From assembly GCF_006345805.1 (NCBI RefSeq), contig NC_043001.1, positions 49,538,001-49,602,000 of the forward strand: a DNA stretch of 64,000 bases, read 5' to 3'. Positions 25,279-36,950 of the stretch are shown here, piece by piece. The translations under genes were made by a program, and so were the position numbers. Under the pieces are notes generated by a model. That model was given only the letters and a program-made list of their open reading frames with translations. It was not told where the DNA came from and did not search any database. Within the stretch, counting starts at the first letter, position 1. Each line of letters opens with the position of its first letter. This DNA is from Octopus sinensis (Eukaryota).

Positions 25279-27993
25279 GCGGTGAAAAAGGAAGTCACGA
25301 AAATATAAAGATTAGTGATATCGACTGTAACAGAGAAAACACAAACGACATGAAAATAATATATATAGTTAAGCCTTAGAGATAAGATAGTTAAAGAGGA
25401 GCAACGGTTCTTATTTAGGCGGTAGCAATCCGTGGTGGTGGTGGGGGGTGCGTTCTATGCTCACAAGAGGTGCTAAATGTCGGGGAGGCACTATGAGAGA
25501 CACTAGGAAATTAGAGAAGTCATGGATCTTTTCATAGGGATAAAGTATTGAAACTAGATACAAGAATTATTCCAGGTTATAAGGCGACCAGCTGGCAGAA
25601 TCGTTAGAACGTCAGGCAAAATACTTAGTAACATCTCGTCCGTCTTTACGTTCTGAGTTCAAATTCCACCGAGGCCGACTTTGCCTTTCATCCCTTTGGG
25701 GTTGATAAAATAAATACCTGTTGAACCCTGGCGGGGGTGGGGGTCAATGTAGACTTACCCACTACCCCGAAATGACTGGCCTTGTGTCACAATTTATCTT
25801 TTATCTTTTCTTGTTTTAGTCATAGAACTGCGGTCATGTTAGGGCATTGCATCGAAGAGTTTAGTCGAATAAATAAACCCTAGTAGTTATTTTAAGTCTG
25901 ATACTTATTCTATCGGTCCCTTTCGACAAACCGCTTGGTTACGAGGACGTAAACAAATCGACACCGTTTATAAAACTGTGTTGGGGGATAAACACAAACC
26001 CAAAGACACGCACACACACACACATATGCGACAGGAATCCACACAGTTTCTGTTTTCCAAATTTACTCACAAGGCCCTGGATTATAGAAGGCATTTTCCC
26101 AGGGTACTGTGCCGTGGGACTGAACCCGAAACCACGTGATTGAAAAACGATCTTCTTAACTACACAACCATGTCTGCGCCTTCATTATATATAAATATCA
26201 AACAAAAACGTGCGCACCTACTGGATAGAATAATATAGGAAAATATGGTGAATAAACTGCTACACAAGTTTAGTTGAATACTTATATATTTATTTACAAC
26301 ATTATTTATTTTGTTAATCATGGGGTGTAAATGTTTGTAAAATGCTATTCAACGAAATCTTTGCGCTAAAAAAATGCTGGGAACGCCTGCTCGTGAACAA
26401 ATGATTTTGAGAAAGTTCTCGTGGTCTGATGTTTACGCATTTCCTAGTTTTCGCATAGAAAAAGAAAAAAGAATTGTATTCATCAAATTCTCTCCGGATG
26501 TTACATTAATGAATATTTGATAAATGTACGTATCTTAGTTAAATCATTGTGCGTTTACAGATACACGTAAAGCAGACAGAGAAATATGTAAATTATTCGT
26601 TGCTTATCAGAAGGTTTATGCAGCTATCACATACCTAAAAACTGTCTGCTCACCCCGCCGAATGTATTTCCTCATAACTTTCAGAAAAATTGTTATTTTC
26701 AATGAAGTTTTCTACAAATACATTTCAGAAGGCGTAGAATATGACTGTATCAGAAATTAACGTGAAAAACATTGGTAGACGCACTAACGTACATACTAAC
26801 AAAAATCACATATTTTTTTCAAAATTCCAAGTTTTGTGGCTGTGTGGTAAGAAGTTTACTTCCTGTACATGGTTCCGAGTTCAGTATCACTGCATGGCCG
26901 ATCAAAGACCCGATGTACATATATATATGTGTGTGTGTGTGTGTGTTTATCCTCTACCACCGCTTGACAACCAGTGTTGCTGAGTTTACGTCCCTGTAAA
27001 TTAGCGATTCGGCAAAACAGACAGAAAGTACTAGGCTGCAAACCACACCCCCTGGGGTCGAGTTGTTTGACTAAAATCCTTCAAGGCGGTGCTCCAGCAT
27101 GGCTGTAGTCCAATGATTTAAACAAGTAAAAGATAAAAGACGGTGGCGCGCGCTGGCGGACTCGTTAGCACGCGGAGCAAAATACTTGCTGTATTTCGTC
27201 TGCCTTTGAGTTCTTAGTTCAAAATCTCGCCCTGGTTAACTTTGCCTTTCCCCACTCGCTGGCCTTGTGCTAAAATTTGCAACGAATATGTTTAAGTTTA
27301 ATGCTATTTATTCCTTCTGAAATAATCGTAATCTACATCATCTGAAATAATTTTGTAGAAAACTTCATCCAAAATGTATATCTGAAAGTTATCTGGAAAT
27401 AATTTGAGCGAATTATCCGAAACTCTTCTCCCTCGCCTCCGGAAAACTTTTCAAAACAAATTTTGATATAATCGGAATACATCACATGGGAAACCTTTTT
27501 AGAAAATTTCATTAAATTTCTCATTTTTCAGAGAATTGTGAAGAAAGAAAATCGGGGGAGATGTTTAGTAGGTATGCTGCAAATATAGTAAAATACGCTG
27601 AGGTTCAACCATATAATTTCATTTACATAACTGTGTCATTCTTGTTAAACCAGAAATAGAACGTGGCCTGGACTTGTGTTTACATAGAGATAAAACAGAA
27701 AGGAGACAGCCCTTTCTCCTAAATTCTGATATACATTATACAATGCTGTAAAACAAAATGTGAACTACTGGCTTGATCGTCACATAGAAATCTATTAATG
27801 TGAGAAAATGTCGGCAGATTTCTGTCTCTTGTTGAAAATGAACGTCCTAAATAACTGAGTTTTTGTCATGGGAATTAAGTTATTACATATCCTTCTACTT
27901 AGTTGTCTGGTCGGTTGTGATGTCGTCCACCCCCTCACACACACTAACATACATACATACATACATACATACATACATGTATATATATATATA

Positions 27994-28880
27994 TTTGGTC
28001 ATCCCATAAATAATGCGGCTTTTTCAGTTGCATGAACTAAAAATCAGAGCGGGGCGGGATAAACCACTTGCATCAACTTGCTATAAAAACAGGTAGTAAT
28101 TTTACCTATTGCTTATTCTTAGTGCAAGCTTTAAAGAGTGCAGTTCGATTTTAACAGTTATTTTTTTCAAAGTTATAATGGAAGTGACAAAGAAACATAT
28201 TTAAGTATATTTTGCTTTATGCGTTCAATAAAGGCAACAACGCAATGGAAAGTGCGAGGAATATTAATGCAGTATGTGTGGACTGGACAATAAGTGTAAG
28301 CCAGTGTCAACGGTGGTTCCAGAATTTCTGAGCCGAAAACTACAGCCTAGAAGACGAGCCTCATCCTGGAAGATCTGTAGAGCTCGACGAGGACGTCCTT
28401 CAAACCCTGGTGGAACAAAATCCCATCGTAAGTGTTGAGGACCAAGCAGAGAAGCTTGGATCTGGTCAGTCAACCATTTATCGACACTTGCGTGCCATTG
28501 GAAAAGTCAGCAAATTGGATCAATGAGTTCCTCACGAACTTTCTGAGTTTAATCGCGCGCAGAGAGTGAATGTGTGCTCTTCTTTACTGCCAGTGAGGGT
28601 TACATTCCAAAGGCTAAAGCAGTTTGCAATGGAGACAATACCCACCCACCATGTTCACTGGACATTGCGCCATCTAATTATCATTTATTCTGCAGTCTTC
28701 AAAATCATTTGGACAGCAAAAATATGAATTCTGTAGACAAAGTGAGAACAGTACAGGCGAGGTATTTTTCGTCACGGACAAGTGAATTTTGGAAGAGAGG
28801 CCTTGCAAGTCTACCAGATAGCTGGAAGGTCATTGTAGAAAATGAAAGAGAGTATATTTTAGATTTAAAAAGAACTAAGT
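27994..28880 (+). mobile_element. Mariner transposon, internally deleted and decayed
   Basis: Left TIR-like tttggtcatcccataaataatgcgg after (TA)n. MEVTKKHI..HTH..CQRWFQNF..LEDEPHPGR, VPHEL (WVPHEL motif), then HPPCSLDIAPSNYHLF (HPPYSPDLAPSDYHLF motif) with most of the catalytic region missing. Confidence 0.9.
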
Positions 28881-29882
28881 AAGTGCTATGGATAGACCAT
28901 GGTTAAGTTCTAGGCTTAATAATCACTGTAATTTATGTATAAATGAGAAATTATACATTTTAATGGCTAAATCAGAATTACTTAATAAACGAGACGAGAA
29001 ACATAGAATATGTTTGCAAAAAGATAAATTTTTATTCTCAAAATATCGCTAATCCCTACATTACAGGTTATTAGCGGACCTGCCTAACATCTTATTATCT
29101 CCCACCTACCACAGAACATAATTTAACTTCACTTTACTATTTTAAATTAAATACCCCGATTAACCGAACTGTCTATTAAAAATCTACGTTATACACCGGG
29201 ACATATAATCCTATATAAAATATTCAACGACTCACATTTCACGTTATAATTTCTATTGATTTTATTGATTCTTGCTTATGTACTCTTTAACTCTTTTAAT
29301 TATTTCTTTACGTATCCGATATGTATACACTATGTCGTACAAACTTTAAATAGCATCCTTAGTTTTTAACAGGGGCGTCCTTTGTAATCATAGGGACTAA
29401 CCTAGAGGTCAGAAACAGCGTCTTATATTACAAATAACAACACCGGTCAAATAATCCTTGTCCCCACTCACTGCTCCATGCATCTAATGGAGGAAACTAC
29501 AAATACGGAGAACCCAACAAGTCGCTAAAATGTAAGCCTGAAGACTTAACGAACATTTTTCCCTTTTCTTTTTCTTTTAAAATCATTCTGAAGATGTTTG
29601 TTAAATATAACGAGGTAAATGTAAATTTATTCCGATTTGATAAACAGAAACAGCTGTAAATGGTTACGAAACTACAATTAAATAATGACTTTTTAATACC
29701 AATGATCTACTTCTCATTGTTAAACATTGCTCCATTTCTTTTCTCTATATATTAAACCACGGTTTTACCTTTAGATTACCTACAACTGTATACCTTATAG
29801 CTAGGACTATACATAGTAAGGTAATACACCAGGAGTGCCTACGCATGCATCTATCCCTTAGATGGTTGCATAACCTCTAACT

Positions 29883-29989
<107 letters not shown>

Positions 29990-30269
29990 ATTATATTTTA
30001 CTTGTTTCAGTGTTAGAACTGCAACCAAGCTAGGGTACAGCCTTAAAGGGTTTCGCCGAACAAATCGGCCCCAATAATTTTTTTAAAGCCCGGTACTTAT
30101 TCTATCGGGTTCTCTTTTGTTAAACCGCTATGTTACCAGGATATAAACAAACCAATACTGGTTGTCAATTAGTGGTGGGGGAGGAGACAAACACAGACAC
30201 AACGACACACACAAATATATATATGCGCATATACATACATACATCCAGATTACAAGTTCAGGTTTATAT

Positions 30270-30430
30270 CTGTAATTATTGGGACATTGAAATATGTAAC
30301 ACACTGCCTAAATCTTGAGAAATTTGGCTTCTCCAAACCAGAAAGAAGAAAGCTGATTCAAAGACTACAGATCCAAGCCATCTCTGGAAATGTAAAAATC
30401 TATTAAATTTTCCAGAAGTTTATCATTTAA
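30270..30430 (+). mobile_element. 3' tip of a REL-endonuclease non-LTR element (R4-like)
   Basis: IIIGTLKYV...LEKFGF...LIQRLQIQAISG.VKI resembles the REL C-terminus. Confidence 0.55.
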
Positions 30431-30626
30431 ATATATATATGAACATCTATGAAATGTAAAAGCCGGACTAGACTACTTTATGCGCAACTCCATTGTCTCC
30501 CGAGACAAAAAGGATGCCAACAATATATGAACATGTCTATACATGCAGCTATATGCATGAAAATACATACGTAAAACCGAAAGAAGCCTGTCTTATATAA
30601 ATATATATATGTGTGTGTGGGGGGTG

Positions 30627-30663
<37 letters not shown>

Positions 30664-30760
30664 GTATGTCTTTGTGTATATATGAACATGTCTAAACACG
30701 CAGCTATATGCATGAGAATACATACGTAAGACTCAAAGAAGCCTGTCGTATATATATATA

Positions 30761-30830
<70 letters not shown>

Positions 30831-30937
30831 CAATAAAGATTCAAGTTAATTTAAATGAATTTACTTGAATATGGTACCTAACTTAGATGCACCAAAAAAA
30901 ACTATACGGTTTTAACAATACAGTAATGTGGGGTGAT

Positions 30938-31644
30938 TATAGGCGAGAAAGAAGCAACAAGAATGGATAGGTTTTTAGTACAATCGTTTCATACAAGGAC
31001 AGGCTTTATTAAAAGTTGCAAAAATTGCAGCATATAAACGTGTCCCGTGAGTTCTCTAGACATCCTAGTGGTTGAGGCTATACTCATGAAGTAATGTAGA
31101 TAATTAAGTAACATAAACAGATTTCCAAAGTTCATTAAAGTTCTTTAAAGATGATGTACAGTCTTATCACAGAATTTTAAAAAAGTTTTAATACCATCAC
31201 AGAGAAGGTGACTTAATCCATAGTGTATATATGAATTTGCAGAGATATGAGGAGGGATTACATACTCACAGACTACAAATTTATCCATTGCTAATCACAA
31301 CGAGGTGGGTCTCAATTCCTGCTTATTAGCATTACAGAGAGGGTGAATTAATCCTTTGTATAGATGCACAATTTCCAATGGTGTAGATGTAAATTTCCAG
31401 AGAAATGAAGAGGAATTTCATATTCACAGGCGATAAATTTATCAATGGTTGAACACAATGAGGTAGGTATCAATTCTTGCTATATGATTAGGTATTTGCC
31501 ACATTAATCACATTACTGCTATTTTCAAGAGACTGTAGCTATTTAACTTTTAAAGGCTGAAGGGCTTTCTAGAGAGGCAAAAAACAGAAAAGGGAAGGAA
31601 AGAGAAGAAAAGAGAGAAAATAAAGGAGGCGGGAGCAAAGGGGG
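30938..31644 (-). repeat. Inverted pseudo-LTR (5' copy)
   Basis: Reverse complement of 35050-35778 with few differences and a 22-bp deletion at 31046/31047. Confidence 0.95.
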
Positions 31645-34197
31645 AACTTTATTCAGTCAACCAGGTGCAAACATGGAATCCTAGTACCAGCAGATAAAAC
31701 GGGTAATATGTATAGAGTTGATTACGATCTTTATAGCAAATTAATTAGGAAGGAACTAAACTCCAAATATAAAATTACGACTAAGAACAATTTGAAAAAA
31801 GTAAACCTGGAAATGAAAAAGATCATGGAGAAACTAAATTTAACGGATAGAACGGAGCCGCTTAAACCGTGTGAGCCCAGGATCAACCTTAAAGACCACA
31901 AAAAGAATTTCTTGGAAAACCCTTCGGTAAGGCTGATCTGTCCAACTAAGTCGGACATTGGCCGACTTAGTAAATCTATCCTGGATACTGTTCTACCCCA
32001 AATAACCCCTCTTCTCCCCTTAAACCTATGGCTAAGTACGAACGAAGTTCTAAAATGGTTTAACTCTCTAACTAATACTAGTAGTCTGTCCTTTATTCAG
32101 TTCGATATTAATAGTTATTACTCTAGTATTTCCCCTATCTTACTCAACAAATCACTAATATTTGCCATGAATCGCTCCCTCATATCTAGAGAAGAAATCA
32201 ATATTGTGCTACTAGCTAGGAAGACATTTATAGAATTTGAAGATAAATTATGGACTAGAGCAGATACACCTAATTATTTTGATATACCAATGGGTTCCAG
32301 TGATTCGGCTGAGGTAACCAACCTAGTAGGCGCATATCTATTAAAATGCATAAGCAAGGATATCCCAGAAATACAGGGGGGTCTATATAGGGATGATGCT
32401 CTGTTTGTTATCCCTAGTAATAATAAATCTGTTATAGAAAGGATTAGAAAGAAAATTAATAAGTTCTTTAAGGATTTCAACCTCAGTATAACGTATGAAC
32501 CGGGCACTAAAATAGTTAACTTCCTAGATATTACGCTAGACCTTAACTCCAAGCTGCATTACCCATTTAGAAAGGAAGGCGAAATCACGAATTACGTAAA
32601 TAAATTATCAAATCATCCCCCAAATATAATTGAATCTTTAGTAAGAAATATTTCATTAAGAATTTCAAAATTATCATCCAATAAGGATATATTTAACTCC
32701 CATTCTGAGCATTATAATGCGGCGTTAACTAAGGCTGGATACAACCAAAAGATTACATTCGTTGATAAGGAGAACTCACGTATTCCTAATAAAGAAGTTA
32801 TCAGTAATCACGTAAGCAGCAATACAGACCAAGCCCGAAATAAAAGTAGAATTAAATTAACGGTAAACGCTAATCTAACGTACAGGCCCAACAATTCAAA
32901 TAGAAGCATTGACCAGAACATAGGTAACTCGGATAATATCGAAGTAGATAAACCAAAGATGCACACAAATAAAAATAAAAATAAAAATAATGGTAATAAA
33001 TGCAATAACTCCGGTGAGATGAATAGTAATAATTCTACGAACCCTAAATTTAATAAAAAAGATATAATATGGCTGAATATTCCTTTCAACTGTGCGATAC
33101 AATCGGATATACAGAACAAATTCAAAGTAATTCTGGAGAAAAAATTTCCCAATCTCTCATAGATATCATAGAATTATTTCTAGGAAAACAGTTCTTATTC
33201 AACCCTCCCAAATATGTCCACTTTAATAGCTAAGATTAATAATAACAACATTAAACTAGCCAGGAAAGATAGAAATAAAAATAATAATATCAGCATGAAT
33301 ACCAATAGCAATTATAATAATACTACCAACAATAAAAACAGCAATAGTAACTATCAAAACATGGGTGAAATTAGTAACCACAGAATGACTAATAACATTA
33401 ACATTAATAGTAATAATAACAATACCGATATTAATAGAAGTAATAATGTTAATAATAGAAATAATAGAAATAAGGCTAATGGAGAAAATAAGGAGAATGA
33501 AAATATCAGTGATATCTATAACAACAATATGCAGTCGGATAAAAAGACTAACAATAATAGTAACATTACCAATAATATAAGAAATCATGGTAGGACTTTA
33601 GACCTAAAAGATGAAACAGAAGGATCAATAAATAATAGCAATACTTTAGATATCAGCACCAACTATAGAAATATTAATAACAATAAGGACAATTATACTC
33701 ATGATAATCAAAATAATAGGAACCTAAGACATCTACCCAAGAATAATCCAAAACCTGAAGTTGTTCCTCCTGTGTGTAAGTGTAGAATAAAATCAAAATG
33801 CCCGGCACCTGGTCTATGCGGGGAAAATAATGTAATCTATAAATGTACCATATCCACGGAGAATAACAAATATTTTTACATTGGATGTACAATTAATTTT
33901 CTAGCCAGAGTTAGAAATCACATCTCGTCTTTTAAATTACGTCATAAAGCTGGTACCACCTGACTTTCAAACAAAATCTGGGAACTCAAAAATAATAATA
34001 ATAATTATAACCTTAATTGGGAAATAGTTAGGAGAGCAATTCCGTATAAAAATAGCAGGGTTGGTTGCCAACTATGCTCCATGGAGACGTATGAAATTCT
34101 AAAGCATAGAAAACATAGAAACTTATTGAATAACCATATCGAACTAGGTCAAGTTTGTGTCCACGCTAAATTGAAGACTTTAAAATATTTTAAATGA
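31645..34197 (+). pseudogene. PLE polyprotein (RT - Cys linker - GIY-YIG endonuclease), disabled
   Basis: LVPADKTGNMY, FIQFDINSYYSSI (motif A), PMGSSDSAEV (B), GLYRDDAL (C), NFLDITLDL (E), NHPPNII; CKCRIKSKCPAPGLC linker; VIYKC..YIGCT..F.ARVRNHISSF; LSNKIWELK..W.I..CQLC..E..LLN..E..VCVH, ending at TGA 34195-34197. Broken by a compensating frameshift pair at about 33154-33195 and an in-frame TGA at 33961-33963. The 5' truncation falls exactly at the inverted pLTR junction. Confidence 0.93.
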
Positions 34198-35049
34198 TTA
34201 GAATATTCGTAACTAGATAGATAGATAGATATAACTTGATTTTTACTAGTATAGCACTGCTTTAAGTAGATAACTAAGAGTTCTCACAATACAGTTATCT
34301 TTTTCCTTATATCTGCATCAGTTTTTTGAGAACAGAGAAATGAATAGTACTTATACGCTACTTAATTGAGGCTTTATTTAATTTCAAACTCACAATTTTA
34401 AATCTTAATTTTAATCTTTAATTTCAATTCTTAACTTAATCTAATTTAAGTAGCATAACTTTAATAAAATAAAATGAGTTACTAAAGCCCCATAATTCTA
34501 TTCCAAAATTAAATAAATAAGGCTACTCCCTCGGTGATAATATGATTATCTTCATTATGATAGACAATTCCCTAACACCTTGTAAATGATCTTCTAAGAT
34601 TTGAAATGTAGTCCGTCAATGTATGAATAATAACGGCAACTCCTTAAGACAGTAAGATGAATAAATTAAATAAATAAATTTTAATGACTTTTTGATAAGA
34701 TTACACTTAGATTTTCCTAATGTATTTTCTTTTGATTTTAGCCTTTGACCCCTAAACCCCTGACCGTGTTATCTCTTTAGATTCTCTTTAAATTCATAGC
34801 TGCTTTCAACAGCAATAAATTAGCTGTTTTACTGGTCAAGGAATAATATTCTCCTCTAGTTCCTAGATGCCTGTAAATTAAAACCAGACTTGCCGTCTAC
34901 TAATTCTTCTGTATAACTAGAACCCTCTTTTTTTCTTTTTCTTTTTTTCCCTTCTTTCCCTATTTCTTTCTCTTTTCTCTTTTTTCTTTTTCTTCTTCTT
35001 ATTCTCTTTTTCTTTTTTTCTTTTTCCTTTTCTCTTCTCTTTTAATCCC

Positions 35050-35778
35050 CCCCCTTTGCTCCCGCCTCCTTTATTTTCTCTCTTTTCTTCTCTTTCCTTC
35101 CCTTTTCTGTTTTTTGCCTCTCTAGAAAGCCCTTCAGCCTTTAAAAGTTAAATAGCTACAGTCTCTTGAAAATAGCAGTAATGTGATTAATGTGGCAAAT
35201 ACCTAATCATATAGCAAGAATTGATACCTACCTCATTGTGTTCAACCATTGATAAATTTATCGCCTGTGAATATGAAATTCCTCTTCATTTCTCTGGAAA
35301 TTTACATCTACACCATTGGAAATTGTGCATCTATACAAAGGATTAATTCACCCTCTCTGTAATGCTAATAAGCAGGAATTGAGACCCACCTCGTTGTGAT
35401 TAGCAATGGATAAATTTGTAGTCTGTGAGTATGTAATCCCTCCTCATATCTCTGCAAATTCATATATACACTATGGATTAAGTCACCTTCTCTGTGATGC
35501 TGTTAAAACTTTTTTAAAATTCTGTGATAAGACTGTACATCATCTTTAAAGAACTTTAATGAACTTTGGAAATCTGTTTATGTTACTTAATTATCTACAT
35601 TACTTCATGAGTATAGCCTCAACCACTAGGATGTCTAGAGAACTCACATGTATTTTAGCTGATGAGTACGGGACACGTTTATATGCTGCAATTTTTGCAA
35701 CTTTTAATAAAGCCTGTCCTTGTATGAAACGATTGTACTAAAAACCTATCCATTCTTGTTGCTTCTTTCTCGCCTATA
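35050..35778 (+). repeat. Sense pseudo-LTR (3' copy)
   Basis: Paired with 30938-31644; ends in cgccta(TA)n. Confidence 0.95.
35653..35743 (+). ncRNA. Type I hammerhead ribozyme
   Basis: Stem I UUUUAG/CUAAAA; CUGAUGA (35659-35665); stem II GUACGGGACA/UGUCCUUGUAU with a further extension; GAAA (35726-35729); stem III AC-GAUU-GU; predicted cleavage GUA| after 35737. Confidence 0.85.
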
Positions 35779-35785
35779 TATATAT

Positions 35786-35859
<74 letters not shown>

Positions 35860-36557
35860 CTTTGTGCTTGTGTTTGTTCTTCCATCACTGCTTGACAACT
35901 TGACAACCTGTGTTGGTGTGTTTACGTACCCGTAACTTAGCAGTTCGGCGAAAGAACCGATAGAACAAGTACTAGGCTTAAGAAATAAGTCCTAGGTTCA
36001 AAGCGGTACTCCAGCATGGCCGCAGTCAAATGATTGAAACAAGTAAAAGAATAACACACAAAATATTTTAACATTTCTTTTACAATTCGTAATAATATTT
36101 AATCATAAAAATATAATAGATTTTAGGCATCAAATGGCTATGAGAGTACCCCACCTACCTCGTGAGTAAAATAGGAATCGAAAAATGGGTGAGAACCACT
36201 GTATTCGATTGATGTCAAGAATTTTTATAAACTTCGAGAAAACCTGGAATAATTATGTTTTGGAACATTGGATCTCGAACTAGATAAAACTGTAAATATT
36301 TGCTTGTGACCATTGGGTTTTAAAAAATCCCTTTGGATAGAAAACGACCAAGAGTGTCTGCAGAGTACGAACCCACATCTCCTGTAAACTTGACAAGCAT
36401 TCTACCATTAGACTAGCGCAACAATTCGAGCTTCTGGATCAATTTTTGAAACTTAATTCTTACCAGCGAGAATTCTAAGCTGCTAATTTTTTTTCCATCC
36501 AAAGGTTTTTTTGCCTTAATATTTCCATGCTATTATTTATAGCTTATCTTAAGGCAT

Positions 36558-36950
36558 CAAGGTGGCAGAATCGTTAGCACGCCGATCAAAATGCGTAGCG
36601 GTATTTCGTCTGACGTTACGTTCTGAGTTCAAATTCCGCCGAGGTCGTCTTTGCCTTTCATCCTTTCGGGGTCGATAAATTAAGTACCAGTTACACACTG
36701 AGGTCGACTTAATCCGTTTGTCTGTCATTGTTTGTCCTTTCTGTGTTTAGCCCCTTGTGTGTAGTAAAGAAATAGAAATAGGTATTTCGCCTGTCTTTAC
36801 ATTCTGACTTCGAGTTACGGCGAGGTCGACTTTGCTTGTCATCTCTTCGAGGTCGATAAAATAGATACCAGTTGCATACTGGGATCTATGTAATCGACTA
36901 TCCTCCTCCCCTAAATTTCAGACCTTGTACCTATAATAGAAAGGATTATC
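36558..36950 (+). mobile_element. Family B SINE, dimeric form
   Basis: Head-body-tail1 followed by a second body with a different tail (cctccccctaaatttcagaccttgtacc). Confidence 0.85.

Larger units (their letters stand above)
30830..35778 (+). mobile_element. Young Neptune-like Penelope-like retroelement: inverted 5' pLTR + 5'-truncated ORF + 3' UTR + sense pLTR, inserted in (TA)n
   Basis: RT and GIY-YIG ORF on plus; 30938-31644 is the near-identical reverse complement of 35050-35778; (TA)n at both ends; hammerhead in the sense pLTR. Confidence 0.93.

Noticed and set aside
28980-29600. Unique AT-rich stretch as a possible LINE or viral remnant
   Set aside because: No frame gave a motif I could support.
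33961-33963. In-frame TGA in the PLE endonuclease as selenocysteine or an edited codon
   Set aside because: It is not at a conserved Cys position, I could not fit a SECIS in the 3' UTR, and the ORF is independently broken by frameshifts at about 33154-33195. Sec-encoding PLEs are known in a different clade with an N-terminal endonuclease.
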